Shown here piece after piece: positions 47,625 through 62,110 of a stretch of DNA of 64,000 nt. Below the pieces are notes generated by a model. That model was not told the origin of the DNA. It made no database searches and saw nothing but the letters and a program-made list of their open reading frames with translations. The DNA comes from Antechinus flavipes (Eukaryota), in NCBI RefSeq assembly GCF_016432865.1, contig NC_067400.1, positions 556,884,001 through 556,948,000 of the forward strand. The letters are read 5' to 3'. The translations under genes and the position numbers were made by a program. Numbering within the stretch: the first letter of the stretch is position 1; each line of letters begins with the position of its first letter.

Positions 47625-50600
47625 AGCCACTCACTTTTAGTCAAAAGAGGTTGTTGATGGTGATATTGTCCCTAAAAACAAACAAAACAGATTTTAAAGT
47701 TTTAAGTGGTACTAAAATGATGGAATAGAGGCAACTCAGTTGAACTATCTTGCAATATTTACCTCCAAGCATCTTTAAAACAACACCTAAAATAAAATTT
47801 TGGTGCAAAAGAGCCAACCAAAGATCAGGGTGAATTTTTTTTTTTTTTTTTTTTTGGTCAAAGAAAACTGAGGAGGTCAGCTGAAGAATTTATGAAATCA
47901 GAATGGGGACGTGTCTAGAGCCCACATATGCAGATCAGCAACAGCAGCTATAATAGCAGCAGCTTTGAAAGCTCTCATCCCAGAAACAATAAAGGAGTCA
48001 TTTAACTGCTCAGAAAGAATTTGCAAATGATCCTTTGGTGGCATTGCAGCTAGCACTGATTAAAGTTATTTCCACTTTTAGGTCTGTGATTGCATGATTG
48101 AGTTGACACATCTACAAAATGTAAAATCTCAATTTAAATCCTGTAGTACTTAAAATCCCTGACTTTAAGACCAGCACTTTTTCTATTATACCCAATGACC
48201 TTGAATGGAGAGATATTAGATGCATTTGACCCTTTGAAAAGATTGTGAAAAGCAGATTTGATAATTTAGGAATTTATGTAGGGATTATCCTCTGGGGCTT
48301 GGCTCTTTGAAATCTGCATTTGGTTTGTCAAAGTCCTACTTAAGCTAACCCACTTTTGCCTTTCAGGTCTTACACTTTATTCCCGTACATGTAGTCTTTG
48401 ATCCAGTAATATTGGCCTCTTGGCTGTTCAACAAACAATAGATTTGGAACATTTTCTCTTTCCTCCACTCTGACTACTGACTTCCTGACTTCCTGATGTT
48501 CACCTTCTACAGTAAACCTTCCCCAAAATCCTTTTAATTCCAATTTTTAAATTGTTTCCTGTTTTTCTTTGTATATAGTTACTTTGGTATATATTTGCTT
48601 CTTGTTTCCCATTCAACTGTATAGCTCCATGAAGGCAGACAGAGTTTGTTTTTATTTTTGTTTTTGCTTTTCTTTTTGTATTCCCACTTCGCAGCACAAT
48701 ATCAGGCATAGGGTAGATATGTAATAAATGTTGATTTGTTTTTTGATTGATAGCAACACAAAAACAAAAAACCTCATCTTGCTCAAAATTTCAACTTAGG
48801 TAACAAACACTTTCTCCATGAAGTTTCCCTGATCCCTTCAGCTGAAAGTGTTCTCTCTTACCTTAGATTTCTTAGAGCTCTTTGAATAGAGACACCTTTT
48901 TCCCTTATTATTCTCCACCTTAAAATTATTTGTTTAGATGCCTCAATTATTCTGAAAGAATTTCATTCCCATCAGGCTGGGGTTGATGCTGTTTTCAGCC
49001 TTGTGGGCAAGGCTAGAATATAGCTGGTAAATGATAAATTTCATGATTTTTGGTAGTAAAAGATGAGAGAAAAGAGGAGATTTTCTGTCTAGGAGTTGTG
49101 TAGAGCCTCTTTCATCAGAGGATTGGCCATATAGCAATAATATTTGAAAGAAGAGGTAAGATGGTCCCAGGTCTAAATTGGATGGGAAAGGGTAAGATAA
49201 AAAGCTGCTCCTTGAGAAAACTAGGAACATTTGTGGAGATAACTTTGGAAACATAATTTCTTTAATGAGAAAAATTGTGTTTGTTTTAAATTTATTACTT
49301 ATTTTAAACATTCTTTTTTTTTTTAATTTTGAGTTCCAAATATTCTTCCTCCCTCCCACTTTTTCTGTTCACCCATTGAGAAGGGAAGAAATATAAAATT
49401 TACATGTGAGATTATGTAAAATAACATTTCCATATTTTAAATAATTTTTTAAAAGCAAGAAAAATAGGGAGAAATTTTTCCTTTAATTTCTATTTAATTT
49501 TATAGATGAGGAAATTGAGGGAGAGGTTAAATGACTTGTCCAGGGTCACATATCTAGTAAATGTCTGAGGTAGGATTCAAACTCAGATGTTCCTCACTTC
49601 AGTTCATTCAGTGTTGTATCTGCTGCAGGAATAATGTATAAACCTGAAAACCTAAGCTTTGGGCATCACTTAACTGTCTCTGAATCTTACTTTCTTTGTT
49701 TACGAAATGATGATCTTGTTTGCTACCCAGAAATCCAATTTCCAAAAAAAGCTTTTTTTTCTGACACCTCCACCCCTTAATTCTAGAGGCACCTGGGTGG
49801 TACAGTAACTAGAGAAGCCCTAAATTCAGATTTAGGAAGGCCTGAGTTCAAATTCAGTCTTATAGACTGTGTGACCATGTACTTAAAACTAAATCTGCAA
49901 TAGGTGGAGGTATCAGAAAAAAGCTTTAGTCATATAATAGTGTCTTTTTTCTGTTATTTCTAAATTATTCTGTCTATAACTTTTTATTTTTACATTCAAT
50001 TGTTTACATATTGTCCCCCCCCCTCCCCAATTAAACTTGTCCTTAAGAACAGAGACTGTCTTTTGTTTTTCTTCTTATCTCTAATTCTTAGGAAAGTGCC
50101 TCTCACACAGTAAATATTGATAAATGCTTAACTGACTAAGCACCTAGGGTTGATGTGAGTAAAGTGCCTTTTACACTCAATAAATCCAGAAATATAACTT
50201 ATTATTTCTCTCTCCAAACCAAACTCTTCTTCTGAATTTCCCTGTTTTGGTTGAGGATACTATTATCTTTCTGGTCAACCAGGTTTGAAAATTTAGAGTC
50301 TTTTCAAGAACTTTTATTTAATCTCCTTATCTCTAGTCATTCCCCTCTCAATTTCAATTCACTACATATCCGTTGATGCAAGACATAGTAGTGCCTATGT
50401 TTACAGTCTTATCTTATTAGTTCTATGATCAAATACAGAATCCTTTGTTTGTAATTTAAAGTCCTTCAAAACCTTTCTAGGCTTATTTTCCAGAAAGAAT
50501 ACGTATAAATATTTATGTGTATATGTGTGTATACACACACACACCTATATATACAGATATATAGACATATACATATAGACCTAGAATTGAAATTAACTTT

Positions 50601-51659
50601 AAGGACCATCTACTCCAATACCATAAATTTACAAATCAGGAAATTGAGCAAACAGAGGTTAAGTTATTGCCTAGGGTCTTATACTTCTTAAATGTCTGAG
50701 TCAGGGTTCAAAATCATCCCACATCTAGTCAGTGTTATATCTATATCCATCTCTCATATATAGCATTTATATATCTATATCTATATTATATATATGTGTG
50801 TGTGTGCGTGTGTGTGTACATACACATATACATACTGCAAACTTAAAAAAAAATTTAAACAGATATTTCTAGGGTTCCCCCCCATATCTCACCTTTGTAC
50901 CCATGTACAATCTCCCCCATGCCTGGTATGCACTCCCTTATTATCTCCACTCCTTGAAAAATTCTACTTTTGCTAAGCTCATTTCCAGTGCTTTCTTCTC
51001 TGAGTCCTTTCCTGACCCTCCCTAAATACTAGCATCTCTCTTCTATTACCTTGCATTTGTTTTGTTAATATTTATTACCTTTTGATGTTATCACTCCCAA
51101 AATAATGTAATTTCTTTGAGGACAGAGGTATTTTTTTTTGGTATCCCTTTGTGCCTAGCCCAGTGCTTGATACATAATAGATGTTTAATAAATGCTTTTG
51201 ATTGATTAAATCTTAAATTGCTATATAAATGTCTATCGTAGTTTTAAACGAATTTAAAGGTTGGAAAGGACTACAAAAGCCATCACTCCTACCTCTCTAT
51301 AGGAATTCTTTTTTTCATAGTCCTAACAAATAATCATCTATGTTACCAAGAATGTATGAAAACTTCTAGTTATAGAGAACTGACTCCTTCCATTGTCATC
51401 TCTTTCCCTTTTTGGCAATTTTAATTGTTGGAAAGTTTTCCACTGCATTGAATCAAAGTATTTCTTGCATTTAGACATGTGTCCTCTAAAAGGAGCACAG
51501 TTTAAAAACTACTTTTAAAAAGTTTTTTCTCAGTTTTAGAAAAAATGAAATTATTTTACTATATCCATTTCTTCCTTACATTATCCTCAGTTATATCGCT
51601 GTGTGTCAGCAATTAAATGTGTTTCCTCATTACCTACTCTATTTTCTTAATTTTTTTGT

Positions 51660-51955
51660 CTTCTCTAAATGCTAAAAATAACATTTCTTGTACAATATTG
51701 AATGATAGTGGACAACCTTATTTCACCTGTTATTATTGGGAATGCTTCTAGCTCATCCTCAGTACATAAAATGATTGCTGATGGTTTTAGATCAATGCTA
51801 TTTATCATTCTAAGGAAGACTCCATTTATTCCTATGCTCTCTTGTGTTTTTAGTAGGAATGGATGTTGTATTTTGTCAACTGCATTTTCTATATTTTTTG
51901 AGATAATTGTAGGATTTCTGTTAATTTGGTTATTAATGTGATCAATTAGCATTTA
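51660..51955 (-). mobile_element. LINE-1 ORF2 reverse-transcriptase fragment
   Basis: Translation includes AVDKIQHPFLLKT.ESIGING.FLRMINSI.LKP, typical of L1 RT. Confidence 0.85.
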
Positions 51956-53922
51956 AATTCCAGCTAGGGGGGGCACAATGGATACTTCTGAAAACTTAGA
52001 ACTGGAGTTATGAAGAATTCTTTACTTGAGTTCAGATCTAGCTTCAGAAACTAGTTGTGTGATCTTAGGCAATCACTTAAATCTTGTTTACCTCTTTTTT
52101 TTTTTTTTTTATCTGTCAAATTAACTTGAGAAGAAAATGGTAAATAACCCCAGTCAAAAAAACAAAAAACAAAAAACGTCTAATGGGGTCATGGATAGGC
52201 AGATACAATGAAAAATAACAAACAACTTCCTGATTCCAAGGATAGCTGTTTATATTCTATTTCTCCTGTTAACTTCTACATAGTAGGGACTTAGTAATAA
52301 AGTGTTAAATTGAATACAATCAGAATTCCTTGTCTTGAGCTGAAATCAGACTCTCCATTAAGTACTAATTTTGCCTCTCTTGCTAAAGGAGAATAAATCT
52401 AATGATTTTCACACTGAGCCTTCTCTTCTCCAATCTAAAATTCCCAATTCATTTAGTCAATCCTCATAAGATATATAGTACTTGCTATTCACTTTTCTCT
52501 TCAACTAAGATAATTCACACCAATATCCACATTTGCTTCAGAGAAGACAATTGAACTATTACCTCTCTTGTTATTAACACTGTGCCTGTAAGTGCAACTA
52601 AGATAAAGAAAACTATTCTAGTTGCCCTGGAACACTAGTTGGCTTAGTCTCTTTACACTTTTACATATGAAATGTTGTTTAAGTATGTCCAACTTATCTT
52701 GTACTTACAGGTAGACTTTCTGGATCTCCTCCAGTCTCTGCATCTCCCAGTCTTAGTTTAGGCTATTTTCTTGTTCTTTCTAAGGTTGACAGCTTCTTTC
52801 TTTACCAGTCAATTTTGTTGCTTACTGGTAAGATGACTATTTGGAAGTGTGATCATGTGTTTGTTAGTGCTTATGTACATATGTGAAAATGCATTTATAT
52901 GTGTATGTATATCTGACTGGGTCCCTTTGTGCCTGTGTGCTTATGTTTTGTACGTATGTATGGAACTGCTTATATGACTATGTGACGGTGTGCATGTGGG
53001 TCAGGAATTCTTCAATTCTTCTGATTTCCTTAACTACCCTAAGACTGGATTCCTACCCATCACTCATCACAGGGCAAGAATATACTACCACTCTGTCTCT
53101 TCCTAGTCAAGAAACACTCAGACTTCTACAGACACAACTGGCATGCTGGGTAAAGATCTCTTTCTGCCCTTTTTCATAGATTCTGAGTCAGAAAGTCCGG
53201 CAGGTATGGAAGATAGGAAGATCTTGAAATATCCTGACCAAATCCCTGAGAGAGAAGAAAACTCAGATGGTTATTTTTTTCTAAGCACCCTTGAGTTCTG
53301 GGCCACTAGTGACCCCAAAAGGGGAATCGTATAACCTATATAGACACAAGAAAGTATCCTCTCTCATTAATAACCCTGCAGAGTTTTCTTCATCTCTCCC
53401 TCTCCTCTTTACCCTGGAGATTAGAATTTATGAAGTTGAACTTTTAGAGTTTCAATTTACTTAAAATGAGGTCAGGAATGACTTCTAACTCTTTTAAAGA
53501 AAATCTTCTACTTATATCCAACATTTATAATCTATTTAGGATAGCTTCTGATTTTATAACCCTGAAATCTTATATTGAAGGCTGGGGCGGGGGGAGCAAT
53601 ATATCATTTGATTCTTATATCAATCACATGAAGTGGGTGCTCTCTTTTTACCTTTCTTCTGAAATTGAAGAAACAATTTCAGAGAAGTTAAAGAGCTTTT
53701 CTTCTTAGGATCACATGATTGAGATAGGTTTTGAACACAGGTCTTGACTTAAGTAAAAACTTGTTTTCTTATGGACACTATCTCTTACAGCATAACCTCA
53801 AACACATAATTACTACACAGACAGGTAGGCAGATGGCAGAAATTCAGAATATATCACTTATACACTTATTACTGAACTCATGAATTCAGTCCATGAAAAC
53901 ATAAAGGAAAGGAACAAATTCT

Positions 53923-54667
53923 TTTTTTAAATGATAGTTTTTTTTAATTTTCAAAATATATGTAAAGGTAGTTTTCAACATTCACCTTTGCAAAAACCTT
54001 TTGTTCCAAACTTTTTCTCTTTTCCTTCTCCCCACCCTTCCCCTGAGACTGCAAGCAATCCATATAGGTTAAACACATGCAATTCCTCTAAACATATTTC
54101 CAAAATTATCATGCTGCACAAGAAAAATCAGATCAAAAAGGGAAAAAAATAAGAAATAAAACAAAAAGCAAGCAAACAACAACAAAAAGGAGAAAATATT
54201 GTATTGTGATCTGCATTTAGTCCCCATGGTCCTCTTTCTGAATGCAGATGGCTTTCTCCATCATAAGTTTGTTAGAATTGGCCTGAATCATTTCATTGTT
54301 GAAATAAGCCAAGTCCATCAAAGTTGATCATCACAGAATCTTGTTGCTATGAACAATGTTCTCTTGGTTCTATTCACTTCACTTAGCATCAGTTCATGTA
54401 AGTCTCTCCAAGACTTTCTGAAATCATTTTGCTGCTCATATCTTATAGAACCATAATAACATATAACATTCATATCATATAACTTATTCAACTACTTTCC
54501 AGCTGATGGGCGTTTATTCAGTTTCTAGTTCCTTGCCACTACAAAAAGGGCTGCTACAAACATTTTTGCATATGTGGTTACTTCTCCCTTTTTTATGTTC
54601 TCTTTGGGGTATAGGCAGAGACACTGCTGGATCAAAGGGTATGCAGAGTTTGACAGCCCTTTGGGAA
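53923..54667 (-). mobile_element. 5'-truncated LINE-1 3' end inside segmental-duplication copy B
   Basis: Poly-T start and L1 3'UTR. TSD gaaaggaacaaa(t/c)tct (53907-53922, 54668-54683). Absent from copy A near 42610. Confidence 0.9.
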
Positions 54668-57626
54668 GAAAGGAACAAACTCTTAAACAGTAATTAAAAA
54701 AAATGCCTGCATTTTAGCAAACAGCTTCCATAATGGGAAGGCAATAACACTTACTTCTTATTAAGGTTGATTGATGCATGAATGGATAGATAACATGGTA
54801 AAGGGTTTGGGCTTGGCACAAAGTATGTGTGTTATTGGGCTCACATCTTTTATAAACCCAGCTTGGTTCTCTAATGTCTCCTCTTTGAGCTGTATCTGAT
54901 CTTATTGCTAGTTTTCATTTGAATTCATTGAGGAGGTGAACAATATTAACTGCTTTCTTGTCAAGGAAACTTAATTCTGAAATTCTTATGGTAGGGCATG
55001 ATGTTGAGATGATAGTCAAGATTCTATACAACCACAATGGCTGGATGGACACAAAAAGGATCTGTTCCATCCAGCTTCAAAGGGAATTCTTGGGTTAAAA
55101 CGAGATACTTCTCCCCCTTTAGTTTTCCCCGCTTTGTGTAGTGGAACATATCTCTAGCTTATCATGGATTTTTTGAGTAACATTCTGGTTCATAATGTTT
55201 CTATTCATTGTTTTATTTCCTTCATTGAATTAACTATGTACCTCAATCACTTGTGAATCATTGTTTATGTAAAACTTTAACCAGAATATTGTAAATTAAT
55301 TCGAAAGATAACACTAATACACCTAGGGTAGACATCTCTCTCAAGCCTTCATGATTATCCTTACATCAAGGAACTTTGTGACAGCTAGTTACTTTTGGAT
55401 ACTATTGTCCAAGTTCTGGATACCAGTATAAAGAAAGACATTGATAAACTAGAGAAGTTCCAGAAGAGAGTAAATGAGATGGTGAAGTAGTTAGAGATGA
55501 TGCCACAGGAAGATCTTTTATTGTTGCTGAGAATGTAAAGCCTGGAGAAAGGAAAACTTAAGAAGAGATTTCAAAAGACTTATGAGAAAATGATATCTAT
55601 ATCTAGGAAAAGTACTATGGAACTTAAATTCAGATTGAAACATGTTATTTTCTTTTTTTTCTTTCTCATGGTTTTTCCCTTTTGTTCTGATTCTTCTTTT
55701 ACATGACTTATAGGGAAATATTTAACATGATTATACATGTATAGTCTATATCAGATTGTTTGCTGTCCTGGGAGGTGGGAGAAAAATTGGGAACGTGAAA
55801 TCTTACAAAACATGAATGTTGAAAACTATCTTTACATGTTATTGGGGAAAAATACTTTTAAGTGGAGGGGGGAAAGAAACAAAACTTTCAGAGAGGCAAG
55901 CAGCAAGATGACAGCTGACTTAGAGTGTTTGAAAAGCTATCATTTGAAAAAGGGACTTTGATTTGCTTTCTTTGGCTCTATAGAATAGAATCATGAATCA
56001 TGTGATATACTTAATAATTTACTAAATATATATAAAGCTATGCAAACTTCTCTGAAAAGCTCCCTTCCTCTTAGTATAGGTATTCAGGCCAAAGTAAGAC
56101 TGTCAAGTAAACAACCATGTGATGTAACTGTAAAATATGAGTTATGGTCTATTCCCAGAACTTCTTCCCTGTTTGGTATTTATTCCAGTGCTGCTGAAAC
56201 AGATATTGACTGGGATATCAAGAATGAACAAAATGATTTGTCTCAAATAGTGTGCAAGTGAAAAAAGAAACATATTGAATGTGGACATCATCAAATCATT
56301 CAATGTGTTATAGATTTTAATTTTTATCAGTATGTAATTATTTCTTTTATCTTGTAATTCTGTTCTTCACATGAAATTTGATATTTCATCATCAAGTCTT
56401 TTTTTAAATGAGGCAAACATTTGCCTACATCCAGGACTACTGAGAATGATATTGATAGCCCTTTTCTTTACCTTATATCTTTAAAAAAAAAAACAAACTA
56501 ATAAACACATATAAAGTCCATTTAAGATTTGCAGAGACAAATCAGGCACTCACTACTTAAGAATATCATTATTCTTCAAACTACTTTAAAAGTATAAAAC
56601 AAAAACAAAATGACCACAGGAAAAAGCAAATAATTGTAAATTATTAGAATAAGAGTAGGATAGTTATGTTTAAATGCTTGTCTAATAAGATGACCTGTAT
56701 TTTATTTAATTCTAAAATCATTAGAAATTTGACTCTGTACCTATGGGAATTCCTAGTAAAAGGTTTGTTTCTCATAGGAAATTTTCTGCGAGTAATAGTT
56801 TAATTGTTGGTTGGATTTGGTTTACTTTAAACTGTCTTGGGAGTCATGCTAAATACATTGATTTACATTTTGGAATAATTTAAATTATTCTTAATTTCAT
56901 ATATAGGAATCGTTAAAATTTTATATAACATAAGGCTGCATTTCCAGGAGAATTTCAAAAATCTAACCTTTCATGGCCTTGCTTTTCCCCTATCAATAAA
57001 ATTTTTGCTTTTATTCTAATAAATTAAATGTTTAGAAAGCATGTGCAAATTAACTTTCATCAACCAGGGAACTTCTTATCGCAATATAATTCAAATAGGC
57101 ATTCCATTACCATGGTTTCTGGAGAAACTTATTTTATATACTATAAACATTTTGGGAGAACAATGGAAAGAAGCTCCTATTTTGCATCTTTTGTGTACTG
57201 AATTGCACATATTTTATATTCAAAAATCTAAATAATAAAAGAGTTTTTATGAAGTTCAAAAAAATGAAACAAAAATCTAATGTGTGTCTTCTGGAGACAG
57301 TAGTGGCTTATCCTTAATTGGAAATTTTAAAGTATTGTTGTGCTAGTAAATGTTTAAAAATTGGCTCTCCAGGATAAAAAAAAAAAATTCCCCAGAAACA
57401 CTTTTGTCTGCACCATTAACATTTTCTCCATCACTTTTCTAAGTCCAGATACCCAAAAAACAATGTAGTAAATCAAGTTTTGATTTGTAGCAATGCTCAT
57501 ACTGATCATTAAACAATTAACTAGTCATCCAGCAAAATTCTGCCTTTGAAGGAAGACTGGATAGCCAATTGTTAGTTTGCAGTAAAGTTCTTTTTCACAG
57601 GTGACAAACTAGATGACCACTGAGGG

Positions 57627-57671
<45 letters not shown>

Positions 57672-60600
57672 ACTGAGTGTAAAAAAAAACTCAGGATATG
57701 TGTACATGAGAAAGTAAATGACTCTATAAGTATGCATTATGAGGTTCAAGCATGCCTATATAAAAGAGTTGTGTATATAATAGACTACAGGGAGAGGAAT
57801 GAGAAATAAGACATGAAAAAAACTGTGAGTATACATATGTGTGACACTAGGCCATTTGTGCAGGAGAGAGTAGATTGGTGAGGAGCAGAGTTTGTGTCAT
57901 TTCTGTTGTCCATTACTAATCCCCAGGGGGAGTTTTGAAAGGCCAATTTTACCTGAAAAACATCAAGAACTCTCAATCACACAGCCTAGCTCCCATGGGA
58001 AGAAGCAAGATAAATACTTCTCTGTTCTCAGGGTTGTCTCTATTCATGAACCTGTGTGTGCTCATGTTTATAAATACATTTGTCTGCCTGTGACTGGATC
58101 TCTGGATCTCTATGTCAGTTCTAACCTCACATCAAGGATAAGATTAGGTGAGTCAATAACTTTCCCAGATCAACTTTTAAAAATAAAGATTTTCATTGTG
58201 TCCATGCTATTATTTCCATTAATCCATATCATTACTCCAGAATCAGAACCCCAGACCCTATGCTATTTAGATAGGCTTAGAAAAAGAAATGGAGTTGAAA
58301 ACCTTTATATTAGATCTCTAGTAAAATTTCTAGGAAGTGTGTGGTATATGAGACATAGGGACCTAGTAACAAAGAATATTCTAGGGTTAGCAGCAATAAG
58401 AAGAGTCTTTTCAAAGTCTAGGTATGTTTGATGTTTCTCTACTTTGGAAGGCCTGTCAAAATGTCCTCTGCCTTAAAGATTTTGAGAGAAAAACAGATGA
58501 AACTTTTTCCCTTGGTGTCATCAAACTTATTCCCTCTGGGGATAGATCTTTTCTTTGGGTAGAACTTACTGAAAAGGAGAAAGGATAGTTGGTAGTGGGG
58601 AGAAAACTGGTTCAGTAGATCTGATAAATGAGGTTCTGAACCTACAGTTCATACTCAAAAGAGAAGATTAAAAAAGAACTAATCACCAGCATATTGAACC
58701 TAGAGCGTCCTGTATAAGAAGGATTGAGCTGTCTGTCTCACAAAGTATCCTTATAGGTGTTCTAATAGAGGTTGGATATCCACTTCTCAGACAGGTTACA
58801 GATGGGATTCCTTAGACGAGACTGCTTAAATTTTTTTTTATTTTATAATTTTCTCCAGAGAAATTTTTACATGACTCTGGATATATAGGTATATAAAATA
58901 TGTATGCAAATCAAACATTTTACTGATAATCAATCATAATTTTATGACCCCCTCATTCAATTGCCCATATGGGATCTCAACCCATAGTTTAAGAAGCTTT
59001 GTGTTAGATTAATGGATTTACAAAGTTCCTTCCAATTATAGCATTTTATAGTTTTGACATTTCATTTTGTCAGTGTAGGGCCTGTCCTCTGAGACAAGTG
59101 GCACACTTTGCCCCTACATCCTCATTCTCCCCTCACTTCTTAGTGGGTGTTGTCATGAACTGCTCCAACTCCAACAAAGAAGTACTTAGTGTCCAGCTTT
59201 CTGGTGATGGTGGCCAACCATGTGACAGAATATTTCCCAATTTATCTAGGCTTGTTTTAGGAACTACATACATAAGCTGTCCTGAGCTTAAGCTTGACAC
59301 ACTTCCATTCAGGTAAACAGTCTTCAAGAGCTCCAAATTGCTCCCATGCCATAGTGAGGCATCAAAAGGGGGTGATAGAGAAGGCTATTTCTAATAACAA
59401 ATAGAAAGATTACTTTCACAAGTGTCTTAAGTGACTTTTAAATTTTTCTTTCCCTTTTTCTCTGAAAAGTTAGGATTGTGGTTTATGAAAAGAAGATAGA
59501 GGAGGCCATTGGATAAACTGGACAGATGCTAATCAGAGTCAAATTAATGACAAATTGAAAGAAAGTAACCTTATAATAGATATTACCAATAGACATTATC
59601 AAAAATTATAACTTGATAATTCATTTTTTTCATGTACCATTCCATGTGTGTCTTAAAAATTTCTGAGTATATACATTGCAGAAGTAATAGCAAAACAAAC
59701 ATTTCAGATATGCTACTTTTATTTGAAAAAGCAAATTATTTTGCACAGGTAAATTCAAACCTTAAACTCAACTATTATTTCTCCATAACAACACCATGAG
59801 GTAAATATCTACATAATAATAAATGATTTAAGTCACTTTTATTTTCTTGTTGGAGTAATGAAAATTTACCATTGAGAAGCTGGAAATTGTGGTGTTGTGA
59901 TATCTGACTAATGGGCAGAGTTTGGGCAACTGTCTGGACTCTATCTTGCTCCCCAGATAATTGATCTTTTAATTATGTATTTCTGGGGGGCACTCGATGT
60001 TATTATTTTGATTTGTGTGATTTTTATCCTGAATCATAGGAATTAAGACTGATTTCAAACAGTGATTAAAAAGTGAAGTATTTAACTATGTTGGAGTTAA
60101 TTAAATACATTAAATTAAAAATCTCTTTCCATCCATTGCCAGAATTAAATGCAATGAATGTAAAAAGATCCATAAATTTAAAAAATATCATTTTTTAACT
60201 TGATGTAGTTTCAAATATCAAAATGCTTAAAATGCTACAATTTGTGATTAAAAATACCTTTAACTAAAATATTAAAATAAAGCCAGTGTTTATTGGAATT
60301 GTAATAATGGGTAGTATACGGTAGAGTATACACACTGAAAATTTCCTTCTTTCACAGGATAATTCAATTTTGTCCCCTTTTGAAAATTCATTCTGACTAG
60401 GCAATAAACACTAGCCAAGATTATGCCAGAGGCTTCCAAAAGTAGTCAAATTATTCCTTAATTTACCAAAGAGAAAAAAAGATAAAGAATAAAAGTTATG
60501 CATACTGATGCTAGTTCTAAGATTTGTGTAGATATTTTTAACAATGTGGTAGTGTGAAAAATACCAATTAATTGCAGAATAATCCAGGATCATTAATAAC

Positions 60601-61019
60601 TTTGAGGATTGGGTATTTTGTAGGTCTGAAGTCATTAATCTAATCTTCCTACTGAGAAAAAACATCCCCAGTCATTAACCTCTGTCTTTTAGAAGAACTT
60701 AGTTTGTATATGGTCAATTAGGGGGGAAAAAATACAGAATAGATTAACTAGTTTGGGAAAGTATTTTATAGCTGGTAAGAATGGTAAGAATGTGTTTATA
60801 TTTTGTTTTTATTTTATTTGCTGTAAACTACAGTTTCTTAACTTTTTTTTTAATGCCGTGGTCTCTTTTGGCAATATGGTGATGCCTATAAACCCCTTTG
60901 TAGAATAATGTTTTTAAATGCATAAAATAAAATATATAGCATTACAAGAGAAAACTACTATACTGAAATATGATTTTCAATATGTAACTATATATATATA
61001 TACATAGATATGTACATGC

Positions 61020-61022
<3 letters not shown>

Positions 61023-61072
<50 letters not shown>
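61023..61072. repeat. (TA)25 microsatellite; also (TG)n 57630-57668, (CA)n 8140-8200, TA-rich 27240-27680, (TAA)n 24905-24935
   Basis: Directly visible simple repeats. Confidence 0.95.
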
Positions 61073-61074
<2 letters not shown>

Positions 61075-61619
61075 AAATTTATACACTTCAGGATAAGAAC
61101 CTCTGTTCTAAACTATGTTATCACATTTTAATTAAAGAAATAGAAAATAGAGATGAGAAGGAGGGGCAGCAATTATAGGAAAGATACTTGTGTAGATGGA
61201 AAAGTTTACAGGGTAAACTGTGAGAAAATAACTCCTTTTTTATCTTATCTTGAAGAAAGCAGTCTAGATGGACAACATGGAGACTCTAATTCTTTTTTGT
61301 TTCTTGCTAGGCCCACTAATTAACTTCATTTTCAAACTGAAAAAAGTGGATTGTCTAACAATACAATCAATACCTGAACAGGAATCTCTTTATCCCTGAT
61401 AATTATTTATCAAACTTCAACTTGAAAACCTCCAGTGATAGAGTACTCACCAGTGTCTAAGATCCATTACATTTTGGGACAATTTTAATTGCCAAGAAGT
61501 ATATTTTTTAAAATGAACCTAAATCTGCCTTTATGAAACTTTCATCCAATGCTCCTTCAGGGTAGTTCATAATACCATAGGATTAAAAACGTAAAAGAGC
61601 TTTAGAAATAGTCCAGCTC

Positions 61620-62110
61620 AGTGGGTTCTCAGTTGTTTTAGGACTCCTTTATATTTTTAAAAATTATTAAGGACTCCAAAAGGCTTTTGTGTGTGTGCAT
61701 TATATCTTTCAATATTTATTATATAAGAAATTAAAACTGAAAAATGTTAAATGTTTATTAATCCATTTAAAACCAAAACCATTACATAGTAACACATTTT
61801 CATGACAAAAACTTTATTTTTCCAAAACACAAAAAAATAGTAAAAGTGGCATTGTCTTTTTTTTTTTTTTGCAAATCTCTTTAATACTGGCTTAATAGAA
61901 GATAGTTTTATATTCCTGCTTCAGGATTCAATCTATTTGCAATATGTTGTTTTGATTAATATAGAGAAAATCCCGCTTCATACAGTTATGTAGTTGGAAG
62001 AGCGTTTCATTAGGTAAAATATATTGCATATTACTGTACAGATAGTCTTAACCTTGAAAACACTTTGAAAGGGGTTTCAGTCTAGAACATGGGCTATACT
62101 TTGAAAACAT
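61620..62110 (+). mobile_element. hAT-Charlie DNA transposon relic
   Basis: CAGTGG.TTCTCA end and internal gcaaatctctttaat..ctggcttaatagaaga typical of Charlie1-like elements. Related MITE-like relics near 4288-4470 and 60830-61100. Confidence 0.7.

Larger units (their letters stand above)
39925..58615. repeat. Old direct segmental duplication: copy A ~39925-46470, copy B ~52070-58615
   Basis: Collinear unique blocks, e.g. 40090~52215, 41380~52845, 42920~54995, 44773~55373, 45126~57532, 46437~58583. Roughly 75-80% identity by eye, with copy-specific insertions. Confidence 0.92.

Noticed and set aside
56560-57240. Possible hAT transposase C-terminal relic
   Set aside because: Only a few scattered residues match, and no terminal repeats were identified.
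57892-58431. 179-aa ORF
   Set aside because: The paralogous copy A region is broken by stops and the NUMT, and the translation shows no protein-like motifs.
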